Positions 11,950 to 24,893 of a stretch of 64,000 nucleotides of DNA are shown in pieces. The DNA is from Ramazzottius varieornatus (taxonomy: Eukaryota > Animalia > Tardigrada). A program made the position numbers and the translations under genes. The DNA is taken from NCBI GenBank assembly GCA_001949185.1, contig BDGG01000013.1, forward strand, positions 1,250,862-1,314,861, read 5' to 3'. Every line of letters begins with the position of its first letter. The first letter of the stretch is position 1. The notes beneath the pieces are model-generated. The model made no database searches and was not told where the DNA came from. It saw nothing but the letters and a program-made list of their open reading frames with translations.

Positions 11950-12151
11950 AATCTAACATGCAGACCGTCTGGTGTGACAAATATGATTTATGTGCCCATT
12001 GTCTGATTTATGATCACGACACAGCGGGTCCATGCACGTATTATTGATGTATATAATATACCTCCAGACGTTCTGCATGCTAGATTATATACCTGTATTA
12101 ATCTAACATGCAGAACGTATATACCTGTATTATTGATGTATATAATATACC
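11950..12151. repeat. Scrambled inverted/direct micro-duplication cluster
   Basis: aatctaacatgcaga(c/a)cgt at 11950 and 12100, its reverse complement at 12064-12086; tattattgatgtatataatatacc twice; tatacctgtatta twice. Confidence 0.8.
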
Positions 12152-12740
12152 CGAGTGAGAAAGAAAAGTGAGAGCTCAGAGCCGCGGTTTGAGTTTCATT
12201 GGAATGTTCAGTTCAGAAGCTGCAGGCGGCATTTCGGCGTCGTCTTCGACGGCGGGCAGCAGGACCGCCATATTTCCTCCACGAGTTCGGGACTGGCGAC
12301 AGTGAGCAGCCGCTTGATGGCGCCACTGTGTTTCAGCTTCGCCATTTTTGTGCGCAGATACAGTAGCGTCAAACGTGGTAGCGTGAGGTGGAATCCTCAG
12401 TGACTCCATCTTTCCCTGCCTCAACAGGTCAATACGGTAGATTCCAAGACAGCAGATGGACCCGGTCCTTGGAAGTGATCCGCGAAGTACCATGTTTGTA
12501 GAACGAAAAATATGGTATGGCCTAGTCCAGAACGAAACTGGTGATGACGAAGCCTGTAGTGTATCTCAGGAAGTCATGTCCTGATGACAGCCAATATCGT
12601 ATGTCAGTGATGTCACAGAAGGACGCTGCCACGCTCATCAGCTGTTCAGTGCTGATTGCTGAATGCTGCTCGCATCAATCTCCGATCGTTTCAATTCGGT
12701 CCGCTTGCTCTTCGAATTCTGATCCCCGAAAGACCACGTT

Positions 12741-15700
12741 ATGCATATCGGAAAAGTTTTGCGAGTTCCGCGAAGTGGGTCCTGCACGAAGCAATGGCAA
12801 GTGGTGAGGACATACCAATCGGCTGATGCGAAACTGGCCAGGTTCGAGACTGCCATCGACCAAGACACGGAGGAATCTCAGGTATGCAAGTTATGCCTAC
12901 TAAATACAGCATGGTTCAACTGGTAAACGTTGCTGCTTCCAGAACAATGCGCAGCGCATGCGAGCGTTAGTCCAGAATCTCCGGCAGACGATCGACCAAA
13001 TCGTTGCAGGTATGCTCCTTTGTCGCTCATGACGTCAATAGTCTCTGGCCATGGACTATCGCACAACGCTGCGGCAACAGCACATAACCGATGACGTCAG
13101 GCATTGCTGAATTGTGAACTGTATCTGTTGGCGCTGATTATAGACCTGTTACCTGTTGCGCTTCTCAACTTCCGCCGCTCTCAGACAATCAGATTTTATT
13201 TTGCGATATGTTACACTTTTCACTGATCAAATTTCCATTTCACATCTATCTTCTGATTTTAGGTACCGACGCTAAAAGCATTCAACGACATGTGTCCAAA
13301 GGAAAGCTGCTCGTTCGCGACCGGATATCTACGCTGCTTGATCCGGGGTATCAAACTGAATTTACCACCCCGATCGTTTACCCCCTGTCTGCTAAATACC
13401 TAGAAGACTGCAACAAACGGTGTGTTTTGTTTAGCTCGCCCTTTCTTGAATTCTCACAACTGGCAGGTTACAAACTCTACGACAAGGAAGAAGTCCCCGC
13501 GGGCGGCATCATCACCGGAATTGGACGCGTATCGGGGTACGACGAGTTTCCCTTCCTGATGTTTTGGTCTTCCAGATGGTGTGTAAGATTAGAATACAAT
13601 GTGAGAATTCTCTGATTTTGCTTAGAGTGGAATGCGTTATCGCTGGGAATGATGCGACAGTAAAAGCTGGAACTTATTACCCGATAACCGTCAAGAAGCA
13701 TCTTCGAGCTCAAGAAATCGCTCTGCAGAATCGATTACCTTGCATTTACCTGGGTAAGTATGCTCAAAGCTTTTCTCTATCTCAACCGTCCCGAGACGAT
13801 TTCGATTTTGTTTCAGTTGACTCTGGTGGGGCTAATCTGCCCCGTCAAGCCGACATCTTCGCTGACAAGGAGCACTTCGGACGCATCTTCTACAACCAGG
13901 CCAACATGTCCGCCCAAGGCATTCCACAAGTGGCCATTGTGATGGGCTCCTGTACAGCTGGAGGAGCTTACGTTCCAGCTATGGCTGACGAAAGCATCAT
14001 TGTTAAGCAGCAAGGAACCATCTTCCTCGGAGGACCGCCACTGGTCAAGGCAGCCACGGGCGAAGACGTCTCCGCTGAGGACCTGGGTGGCGCTGACCTG
14101 CATACCTCGCGATCCGGTGTGGCCGACCACTTTGCTCAAGATGATGTTCATGCGCTGCATTTGGCGAGAAGAGTCGTGGCAAATCTCAATATCAAGAAAA
14201 ATATTACCGTAAGTTATGTGATAAACTAGGGTTAACACTCTGCGTACGACCGTCCTCTTTGTGTATGCAATCACTCAGTTTTATTCACCTCCCAGTTTTA
14301 GCTTTTGGTCTTTCGGTTCTAGGTCTTTTTGTTTGCATGTACCTCGGTCTTCTCACCAAAGCAACACTAATGACCAGCGGTCAGCAAAACCCCAGCACGC
14401 AGGAAATTTTTTTCTACGGTTTCGGGTGGTTTTGGTAAAATTTGGTATTTCGGCTCTTCGCGCGAGACACGTACACGTTATTCGCTTAGAAAAAAACTGG
14501 AGCACTGGGGACATTCTTATCTATCGAAGCCGAGCCTGGGATAAATTTTGTAGTCATCAGTGCGGTCAGAAGAAGATTAAGACAATCAGTTCTCCCTTTT
14601 GAGATTCGGTGTTCATGGCCTGCCAATTATCCGAATTTTGAAATTTCGAAAATTGCCTATTGGTTGGACCAGCCTCCACAACACGGTATCAGCCAATAAA
14701 ATTCCTGTATACACAAAGAGGACGGTAGTATTCTGCAAGCATGAAAACGATCGTGCTGAGTGTTAAAATATGTAAAAAAGTACGAATGATGGGGAACGGA
14801 ACCCATGTCATTTCATTTTCATGCTCCTATGACCATGGAAGATTTTGTCGATCATTCCTTTTCGTTCTTTCATGTTTGGCTTTTATTAGGTGCGGAAGTA
14901 TGACTTGTTCCTTTTCGAGGGAGCACATTTGAAAATTTCATGCAAGTGAAATTTCTGTCTTTTCTTCTCTGCTACATGTGATAGGTTAACTATTAACATT
15001 CCTCTTTTTTTTGCAACAAGAATCAAGTCCGTGCGTTGCTTACGGGAGGAGAACACTTGGTTTATAGTCAAAGAGGAAGATTTTTTCCCCTGTTTTTCCG
15101 AATTTTTTCTTCAGCTAATGGCTTAACCAATCTCGAAGCGAATCATATCACTCTGTAGACCTGAGTTGGAAAAACAAGATTTTCCATTTTTCCGGGTGTA
15201 GAAATGACCTCTAAAGTGCGCCACTTTAGTGAGGTAATCGGAGTTGAATTTTTCCTGTTTCCCAGAAGTCTTGAAATCTTCTAGTGAGATGTTCAGTACC
15301 GGTAGATGCACCACGGTGTACTGTATTTTTGATCGAAGTTACTTCGCGATTGAACTCTCTGAGCTCTCACAAGGCGAGTTTTATTATTTGGACTTGTGTC
15401 CAAGTTTCCACCCGGATAACTTTGGCAGCCAATATTTCGAAAGAAAACTTGATGGAGCTTCCGAAAGTCCGACCACCAGAATACGTTTTGCAGGCATGGT
15501 TAGGTTTTCAAAGGGATCTGGGCGTTCGAAAAAATTGTTTTCCCGGAAGTGGTGGTTGTTTCCACAAAACAGGCACTTTCACTAAACTGGTTTTGCAGCT
15601 CGATGAACACCAACGATTTGAACATCCATGAGCACATTCGAAAGCCGAATGATGTAGCATCATACCGCAAAAAGTTTGGGATGAAACACTTCGGTCAAAC

Positions 15701-17073
15701 GGAAGGAAACAATTTTTGAAGTCGGTGTTCGAAAATGGGGGACAAGTCATACTTCCGCGCCTAGTACTTTGCAGTTGACAACTGAGCCGGTGGAGGAACC
15801 GTTGTATCCAGCGGAAGACTTATACGGAATAGTGGGTGAAGATCTGAAAAAGACTTATGACATTCGGGAAGTCATCGCAAGGATCGTTGACGGAAGTCGC
15901 TTTGATGAATTCAAGGCTCGTTACGGTGAAACTCTCGTAACAGGTTGGTGACTTGTTTACATCTTTGTATGACCTGTCGATGAGTTTGTTCGTATTATAC
16001 GAACATTTTTTGCAGGTTTTGCGAGGTTGTATGGCTTTCCGGTGGGTATCATCGGCAACAACGGCGTCCTGTTCGGCGAGTCGGCCTTGAAAGGCGCTCA
16101 TTTCGTCGAACTGTGTTGCCAACGCGGCATACCTTTGATCTTCCTGCAAAATATTACAGGTATCTCGAAGCTCAGCCCTCTAGTGGTCCGATACATGGAA
16201 TAGCGCTGTACACTGGTCTTGTTGTAATCGGACTATCTCTTAGGTTTCATGGTGGGGAGGGAAGCGGAAGCAAGCGGTATCGCCAAGCACGGAGCCAAGA
16301 TGGTCACTGCAGTGGCCTGTGCTCAGGTACCCAAGTTCACCGTTGTGGTTGGTGGCTCGTACGGAGCTGGAAACTACGGCATGAATGGAAGAGCTTACAG
16401 GTACGAGCTGCTGAACTGTGACCTGTGAAAGAGTGACTACCGATCGGGATTTCGGCAAGCAAACCGACAAGATCGTTTTTCCGAGTGCCGCATGCATTCA
16501 GCCAATAACACTGAACACGCGCGCCAGTTAGGAACACGGCGCCAAGATTGTTCTTCTATGTGGCGCACGTTTCCAGTGTTACGGGCTGGAAGCGTGCGCT
16601 ATTTGGAAAGCAGATCCTGTCGAGTTTGCTGGCCAAATTTATAGTTATGAAACCTAACCAAGTAGTGCTCACTGCGTTCGTTCGTGTAGTCCCAGATTTT
16701 TGTACATGTGGCCCAACGCCAGAATATCCGTGATGGGTGGTGAACAAGCTGCAGGAGTCTTGGCTCAGGTCACTCGAGATCAACGTCAGCGCGAGAAGAA
16801 AGAGGTACGCTGAAGTTGTTGGAGTGGGATGTTCGATCGGTATTGTAAGTAATTTCTTTCTGTTAGTAGTTCTCGACGGATGAGGAAAGGGTGTTGAAGG
16901 ACCCGATTATCAAGAGGTTCGAGGAAGAAGGCCATCCGTATTACAGTAGCGCTCGCCTCTGGGACGACGGCGTCATCGACCCTGCGGACACGCGTCACGT
17001 TCTGGGTCTTAGCCTTAGCGCTGCTCTGAACGCACCTATCTCGCCTACCAAGTTCGGTGTATTCCGAATGTAG
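12741..17073 (+). CDS. MCCC2: Methylcrotonoyl-CoA carboxylase beta subunit, mitochondrial
   Basis: [115 protein letters not shown]. Arg-rich N-terminal presequence; about 11 in-phase exons. Confidence 0.96.
14236..14762. mobile_element. Tiny piggyBac-like element (TTAA TSD) hosting a nested MITE
   Basis: TTAA-cactc(t)gc ... gc(t)gagtg-TTAA; only ~45 bp remain once the nested MITE is removed. Confidence 0.55.
14247..14728. mobile_element. MITE (TA TSD) in MCCC2 intron
   Basis: TIR c(g/t)accgtcctctttgtgtat / atacacaaagaggacggtag, TA on both sides. Confidence 0.85.
14889..15761. mobile_element. Non-autonomous TIR element in MCCC2 intron
   Basis: TIR gg(t/c)gcggaagtatgacttgt / acaagtcatacttccgcgcc flanked by TA; ends 13 bp before the splice acceptor. 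Confidence 0.85.
16447..16640. mobile_element. Foldback (palindromic) element of the tggcgcac family in MCCC2 intron
   Basis: Left arm atttcggcaagcaaaccgacaagatc...aacactgaacacgcgcgcca is an imperfect reverse complement of the right arm tggcgcacgtttccagtgtt...gatcctgtcgagtttgctggccaaat. Confidence 0.7.
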
Positions 17074-17642
17074 AGTCGAAGTAAGCTCTGGCAAAGCTAT
17101 AGCTTTGTTCCCGCCGGTTACCCGAAAATGCTCAAATCTATTTTGCAGTTTTAGTGTAGAGGTGTATAAGATTTCCAAAGGAATGCTATATATTCTGGAA
17201 TCGAGAATTACCATAGTCCAACGTGTTTGAAGATTCAATCATTTACCTGCAAAACAAAAAGATAGGAATTTCGACAAAACGCGTTACGATTCTTACATAA
17301 CCCACCATGACTTTAAAACGTTTTGCCCCTTGTCGGAATTTCTACTATGACATATTTAACAGCGAGGAAAAACGCGCCTCTGAAGACCTCGGTCGACCAG
17401 AACGCACGCGGCCCTGTATTCCTGATGAGGAAGTTGTTGGAAAAGTCCGATGGTCAATTCTGATGGGCGTCACAGTTAAAAAGCACCACTTCTCGATTTA
17501 ATAAACACGTGAGAAACTCAAGCAAGGAATCGCTGCTTCATTACAATCTGTATATTTTGATTGCCAGTTAGTCACTGAGTTTGTCAAGTAGTATTCGCTG
17601 AAGCCAAAAGAAACGAAAATTTCTGCCACCAGTTTCGTCCTG

Positions 17643-20180
17643 CTACCTGGAGTGGATATCGTTGCCCGAAAGATCGCCATCTTTCTTTTCTCTGGGAGAG
17701 GTCTTCCTCTGGTACTTGCGTCTAGCTTGGGCTGTCATCTCTTTGAAAGGTACTCTTCTCTCCAGGTACAGTGGCTTACTGTTCTGCAACAGGTACTCTG
17801 CTAAAAAGTCTAAAGGATCAGACGGCCTGGCGGCTTCACATGCCGTCAGTGCATCAGTCAGCAGAGGAAACACGAACGTCATCAGGTACTGCCTCGTAGG
17901 TATAGGCAGGCTCTTGCTCGCTACTTGACTAGCCTTGGCTATTCTGTCCAGGTCTTCCTGCCACTGCTTTTTCCTTCGGTCACGTTCCATATCTTCGAGG
18001 TTCGTCCGAAACTTCTGCTGAAGGGCGACTGCATCAGCTTGAAGTATCCGCCGTTCGGCTTCTCCGCGGTACAACTGTAGTTTCTCAGGTTTGGATAGCG
18101 GATAGTTCCGTGGTCTTCCGACACGTTTAACTGCAGTTTGTCGACTATGTTCCATGGTGTCACTGGAGTCTCGAGTGACGTCGATAGGTGTCCAAGGGAC
18201 TTCGAGCTCGTCGAAATATGTCAGTACACTGTCTTCAGCGTCGGCCATAATGACATTGTACTCAGCAAACCGCTGTACAACTTGCACTTCGATTGGCGGC
18301 TCGCCCTTGCTCTGAGGTATCGGCTTTCCCAACATTCGGTTGCGTAAAAATTCTTCCGGAGCTTCCAGTGCGAAGACAATTTCTACAACAGACATAATAA
18401 AAAAACCTGGTGCATGTTACATTATTATTGACGGGAATTCCGAAAGAAAATCTGGCGTACCTGGTACAAGAAAATGGTCAACAGTTGAGGTGACTGCTTC
18501 CATTTTTTCCGTTTCATTCGAGCTACCATGTTTCACTTCAAACAGTTCCTTCGCACTGCTGTACGATTCCGGGTATCCATCCAGCACAAATCCCTTGTTT
18601 TTGCACTGCACCGTATCCAACATTTCTTTCACAAATCGCATCACATAGTGATCCCCTATCCTCCCCATGTTTTGTGCTCTACTCATTGTAATACCATCTA
18701 GCACTTGTTGCGCTTCCGCCGCTTTCGCAACGACGTCACCATCACTTCCATCTTCCCTCTGCTTTACGGCAACCTCTAGCGAGGCTACGCCCGTCTCCGT
18801 CAACTCTTTGACATCTATCAACGGCAGTCTATAATCTTTCGCTAAAGCCCTGGCCAACGTAGTCTTGCCCGAAAACGGCGGACCATAGATCGCGATTCTC
18901 AAAGGATGCAAGTTGCGTAGAATTTTGTACTCTTCAATCAAGCGAGAAACCGACTGAACGAATCCGTTCCGGGCCAGCCAGCGAGATTTCATGTCAGCCA
19001 CTGTAGTGGGCTCCATCCTTACATCACTTGTCAATGTATCGTACTCTACACGGTTGATGGTTTTCTCCATCAGCAGCTCATCGGCACTGGTTTCTTTCAC
19101 GCCACCTTCGGATAAGGCTTGGCTAGTGGCTTCGGTGATATCTCGTAGAGTTGGTCGACCTTCGTCTACGGCAATCAGGTATTTATTCCTTGGTGGTTCG
19201 AGACAGACATTCAAGATGACTTGACACAGGTCTCGCGCGTGTATAGTCGGAATGTGAACCGAACCGTCGTTCAACAATGATACATCCTGTCCGTTGCTCC
19301 ATGCTTCTTTGAAAAGCCAATGAAAAAGGTTCTCACCATATCCGTAAATAATACCAGCCGCGACGACGTAAGCGACGGATGCTGCCTCTGCTTTATCATT
19401 CAATGTCATGAACTGTCTCTCAAATTCTAAATGTTGACGGAAGGAAGGGTGGGCTTTTCTTCTTCGAAACTCATCTTCGTAAAACCCAAATGCTTCAATA
19501 TTCATTTCCTGTTCGGTTTTCGTTGTTTCAAATTCCAGAATGGCTTCGGTTTCTTTATCGACGAGCTGTGGATCCATCGGAAAGAGTTCGGGCTTTACAG
19601 CGTACTTACTAAAGAACTTCGTCTCGGCCCATGTCATCGTAGTGGAAACCAACACGAAGGTTTTCGGAGTCTTCGTCTCCTTCAACACACGGAATGCGAT
19701 GTCAAGAACTTTGATACTGTCTTCCAACAACTGGTTCTCTTCGTTGTGATCAGCAATATGGAAAAGACAGATATCAACTGCGGACATCATCCTGTACATG
19801 TGGGCGTAGTTGTCGGCGGGACACAGGCCATAAGCCACAGGAACCTTGGTTGGTCGTTTGGTTGGTTCATGCGGATCCAGGGAATGCTGAAGTCGATATG
19901 TACCGAAGACTTTGTACAGGCTGACCTTGGAGTCGCTTTCCAGGAAGGACAGGTCCAACAGCTCCTTTTCAGCGACTGGGTCAGCGGAGTCGGCATTCGC
20001 GCTAGACAGAGTAGGAGATGCGACACGCCCGAAGAACTGAGCAAGGATACGGCCGAAGTAAGTGTCGACACGGTTAACAAAGACAATCTTAGCAGGTAGC
20101 GGGGCTGCTTCGGCAGGTGGTGGCGCTTCAGGTTTGGGCGCGGTGTCGACCTTAAGAGCCACAGCAGATAGGAGCTTCAT
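17643..20180 (-). CDS. AK7: Adenylate kinase 7
   Basis: N-terminal NAD(P)-binding-like region (FVNRVDTYFG, STTMTWAET, RRKAHPSF), P-loop GPPFSGKTT, GFVLDGYPES, C-terminal coiled coil and Dpy-30 motif (PTRQYLMTFVFPLLTDAL...RPSDPLDFLAEYL). One intron at 18383-18460. Confidence 0.93.
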
Positions 20181-20764
20181 GATGGTAAGAGAGTCCAGCT
20201 TGTGCTACTTTGAACAGATCGATCATCAACCACTGTCGAATCTACCCGCATGCGGTGGAAAGTGTAGCCTAGGCTACAGTCCGATAGATCAACGGTGGAG
20301 AACCTAGAGTTATGGACCAACTTATGGTAACACACATTGGTCAAACTAATGGCCGCAACTGCCTCAACGCGAACAATATAACATCAGACGTAGCACAGTC
20401 TACAGCTTGCGTCAAAACTTCAAGTATTTGGGTTCTGGTACTCGAGTGGAGAGCCATAACCACCTGCTACGAGCAAGTAAACGGCCACCAGGAAAAGAGC
20501 AGCGGTCAGCATTTCCAAATGTACTTTGTGGAATAGCAACAGGCAATCACGGGTTTCTCGACGTCATAGATACTCGAAGTGCGTTAGTTCGGCATGTCAC
20601 TGCGCGGGTCGACTGGGAGACTCGACTGGGTGCACCTCACTGAATCCGGCTGGAGATGCCTATAACTCCAAACCGTAACAAATGTTTTCCATCACATTTT
20701 CGCGCTACAATTTTTCAGCAGACAAATCTGCAGATAAAAAGCTACACGCTTTTGGCTTTTTACA

Positions 20765-22174
20765 ATGAAGTCAGCTACCGGGGTCGTCTCTTACCTCTCT
20801 TTTGCAGTACTCCAACTGACCATTGCTGCTTTAGGTTCCAACTCGAGCCTCGATGTGAATTCCGAAGATGTCTTAGAGCGACCATCAAATAATAACTCCG
20901 CTGCCGAAAAGCGGACGTTCGACATTGTACATTTTCTGTCGCCACCAAGTTCCCCGTCCAATGGCAGTCCCAGTCCTCAAGCCATCTTGGACACCATCGA
21001 CAAGTTCTGGCACGACTTTTTCCAGACGATCATTGGTGGTAAGTCAACAAGAGACGCAAAGTTTGGTACACGCACGATAGAAAATCATGAGACAGGCGGA
21101 AAGAGCGGCAAAATGGAACATCAAGCGTAGAGAAGCGTCGAGAGTTGTCTGAGAGTGAACGTGCTTCCGTACGTACTTCCGCACCGCCGTAGCGAAAAGG
21201 CCTGTCCCATAATTTCCCATCGTGCGTGTATCGCTTTCCGCATCGAAACATTATGCTTGATAGATTGATCGCCACTGGGTGGCGACAGCAAGCCACTGCG
21301 TGGATGGGAACACCGAGTCGACTATAAGAGGCAACACCAAGGTAGCGTCAACAGACTTCCTGGTCTTCGAATACGCTCCATCATCTTTCGTTTCAATCGA
21401 CTGCAGATCTTTCTGGGAAAGGCCAATCTGGTAACACCAACAGCTGCGAAGGGTAACATACAGTCCATCTCGCGCGTCATAATGCATCCTCAGTATGACA
21501 GCAGAAGCATGCACAACGACATTGCACTGATTAAACTGTCCATACCCATAAGCACGTTCACCGACGCGTTGATGCCAGCATGCTCACCCACCCAGCCGAT
21601 CACCGCTAAAGCTGTCCCAAACAGGAACGAAAGGTCGCCGGATATGCTACACTACAGGCGGGGGAAGACTCAGCGAAAAGCAACGTGAGCGATCAAATTT
21701 TCTTTGACTCCTGCTTTGTATTCGTTTTACTGGTTACGTTTCACTGAGCTTTTTCATTGTACAGCAGCTGGTGGACAGATCGGAGCCGGCACGGAGTTGC
21801 TGCAACAAACCGCTATCGAGATATTCTCCGTGGCGGATTGCCGGGCCGGTCTGAAAGGACTTGCCTTCACCGACAAGATGGTCTGTAGTGGCTTCGATGG
21901 TGGGAAATACGATTCTTGCCAAGGTGACTTTTCGGTGTTCGATCAATGATGTGGTCTCTTAGACATCATCAATGGAGCCCGTTTCGCACAGTCTGTCGTT
22001 TACGTTCTAGGAGATTCTGGCGGCCCTATGGTGTGCGATGCCGGTAATGCTGTCTGGACGTTGAACGGTATCGTCTCATTTGGAATTGGATGTGCCAGAG
22101 CAGGAAACCCGGAAGTGTATTCAGATGTCCATGCCTTTGTGCCTTGGATCAATCAAACGATCGCCAAGAACTAG
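20765..22174 (+). pseudogene. Trypsin-like serine protease, probable pseudogene
   Basis: Signal peptide, TASHC, NDIALIKL and DSCQGDSGGP are present. No activation-site/IVxG-WPW-CG exon was found; there is a +1 frameshift near 21618-21621, GWG changed to GGG and PGVY changed to PEVY. Confidence 0.75.
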
Positions 22175-23232
22175 CTTTACTCAATTTGATAACGCACCCA
22201 CTACTGTTTCCTGTACAGAATTATTGTTAGTTTGGTTCTCCATACTGGAGAAGTCGCCATGGCCAAAAGCGTCAGTTAGCAAAAACCAGCGTCATATCAT
22301 GTAGTTTTACGATGAAACTAACCGCCATGCTGTCACACCCGGTTGTCCGTCCAATGAAGTTTATGGTTGACGAGAACAGAAGCTACTCACACATGTACAG
22401 AAACAGTTATATAGTTAACTAGTTATAAAGTTGATGAAAGTGCGAACGCGGAATTGGACTATGCTCCAAATGGTGAAAAACTTTTGAATGCACTTTCCAG
22501 TGCAGAATGTAACGGTTCAGCAAGGGAATTGGGTGGAAAACTTCCCTCAGCTTGTTGGGAGGGCACAACGGTAAGGTCCCGGGTGTTGACGTGCATACGA
22601 GGTGGCGCACTGACGATGTACAGTACAAGCCCACGTCGGCAATGTCCTTCGCGTCCAGCGGAGAGTGACGTTAAGTTTCCTCATGAAACTGTTCTCGATA
22701 GCCTCTTCTTTCACATGGTTATGATGGCTCCCAATTTCCGTCTTCGCCATACCGGGACATTAGCTCTACGGACAGCAACAGGGATGAACCACGAATCTAC
22801 CAACCAGGTATCGGACCTACCGTCGCACAAATCTTGGTCTTCTTTTCTCGTAGCGGTATTAAGAACCGGGCCGCGAAAACGGTAGTCACACAGTCACAAT
22901 AACACGGCAGTTTACACCAGAAAGCTTCGCAGCGAGAAAGCACCTCTTTGAATTCGAACAAATCATGCGATCCCAGTTAGTAAACAATATGAAAGGTTTC
23001 TCTTGGCTCGGCTACCGAGCGGGTCTTACGTACTGAACGATAATGAGCGATTTTCAGCCTTTTGTCGGCGTAAATGTCGATGCTAAATAAGAATGATGAG
23101 TACTAGTTTACCCCCATCCCGTCAGGAAACAACATCATTCCTATCTAGCCGAAGTTGTGCGCCTGTACGCAGTAGTTATTTATCATAGGGAAAATGTCAT
23201 CATTGTTTGGCATTGAAGAAAACACAGAAATT

Positions 23233-24287
23233 TTATTGCATGGATTGCTCAGTGGGTGCGACGATCAGTTCGCGGATATTCACATGAGGCGGGACGCCGA
23301 TGACGTACAGCACAGAGTCAGCGATGTCCTTGGCCTCCAGGATCTGAATGCTCTTTATCTCTTCCATCGTTCTTTGCGTTTCAGGGGACATCTCCTTATT
23401 CTCGATGTTCTCGAGGTGGTCCCAAATCTCGGTCCTTACAGTACCCGGACTGATGCTCTAGAAACAATGTCGAACAACCACACCTGATAACCGTACTCGT
23501 ACGCCGCAGAGATGGCTGGTAAATCAAAGAGATCAGTTTACCGTGACTCGGATCTTGGTCTTTTTCTGACGCAGCTCGGCGTTCAGAGCCTTGGTCAAAG
23601 CAGTCACCATATGCTTGGTCCCAATGTAGAAGTCAAACATGCTAGTTCCTGGCGCGCTGTTCATGTGTCCGGCAATGCTAAAATCCACCAAGCAAGTTGA
23701 TTCAAGCATTCTTGCATATTTACCCTGAAGATTGTCGACTCCTCACCTGTTGATGTTGATGACATGGCCATCATCAACATTGTCCTTGAACATCAAACGA
23801 AGAGCTTCGCGAGTGCAAATCGACAACGCTAGCACGTTCAACTGTAGTCAACCCAGAAACTCAATCAGTGAACGGGATACATAGTTCGGGAGGGAATGAC
23901 GACTTTCGTGTCAAAGCTTACATCAAGAGTTTTCTTCCATCCTTTCGTCTCACCGGTCATCAAATCGTCCTCGGTTAACATTGCTGCGTTGTTAACCAAG
24001 ATATCGACATGCTTGAAGTCCTTTTCGATGCGCTGGAACATTTGCAGAACCTCTTCTTCGTTGGTCAGATCGCACTTGACGGTCGTGATCTCTCCGCAAC
24101 CGCCTTGACTACAGTCCTTTCCCGGAGTGCAGGCTGCGCACTTCTGGGCCAACTCCTCAATCTTCTCAGCACGACGAGCGCAGCCGATGACGTTCATCCC
24201 ATTCTTGGCCAGCTGTTCTGCGATGGAATATCCGATGCCGGATGAAGCTCCAGTGACTAGCGCAGTTCGTCCCCGCCATCGTTCCAT
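23233..24287 (-). CDS. DHRS11: Dehydrogenase/reductase SDR family member 11-like, copy 1
   Basis: MERWRGRTALVTGASSGIG, GCARR, ILVNNA, ICTREA, DDGHVININSIAGH, YIGTK catalytic motif; 4 in-phase exons. Confidence 0.9.
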
Positions 24288-24727
24288 TCTGGATAAGCAC
24301 TGGGCCGGCAGGATCACGCTCTGCACAATACAAGACAACGAGGAAGAGGAAGATGTTTAGTGGTTTTTTTAACAGTTATTCCATGCGCCAGAACTCGAAC
24401 ACTGAACAGCTGATGCACAACAGATTGCGGTCTACCAGGTCTCAAGCGGGTTATAGTATAAGTTAAGTAGAAGTGTGACATGCCTCCATGCAGGCATTGT
24501 TGTACGTGCGCTCCAGTCGTCTGTACTGACCGTACCCAGAAGACAAGTGGCTCAAGCTATCACGCCCGTACTCTGGAACTTGGACTGAGCAGTCCCTGGA
24601 CGATGAGGGTTTTCTTTGTTCGTTTTGCCTAGGTTGCCGGTTCCTTGTTTGCTTTCGAGTTTGGCAACAGTATGCATACATGTATAGCAGCTGCCTGATT
24701 GCACGCGAAAATAATGTTGCGTCACGA

Positions 24728-24759
24728 CTAATATAGGGTCCAGCTAATATAGGGTCCAG
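24728..24759. repeat. 16-bp tandem duplication (ctaatatagggtccag x2)
   Basis: Two perfect adjacent copies; may be a transposon-end remnant. Confidence 0.8.
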
Positions 24760-24893
24760 TGTGCATAAAAGGGCAAGTGGGACTGGACAGCTTCACATGA
24801 GATAAATTTCGGAACTGATAAGTGCCCACGAAGTGAACGAAAGCAGTTTTTTTGAGGCAAAGAAGGTAGTCTATAGTACGTCACGTATAAACT

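Noticed and set aside
12190-12400. Minus-strand TLPRLTLLYLRT...PELVEEIW resembling a BC/SOCS box
   Set aside because: Short, preceded by stops, key Cys missing and no supportable gene model.
20300-20345. RFX X-box upstream of AK7
   Set aside because: Only a half-site (atggtaac) is present, which is expected by chance.
22419-22885. ORFs between the trypsin pseudogene and DHRS11
   Set aside because: No consistent splice model or domain; the Cys/His pattern is too weak.
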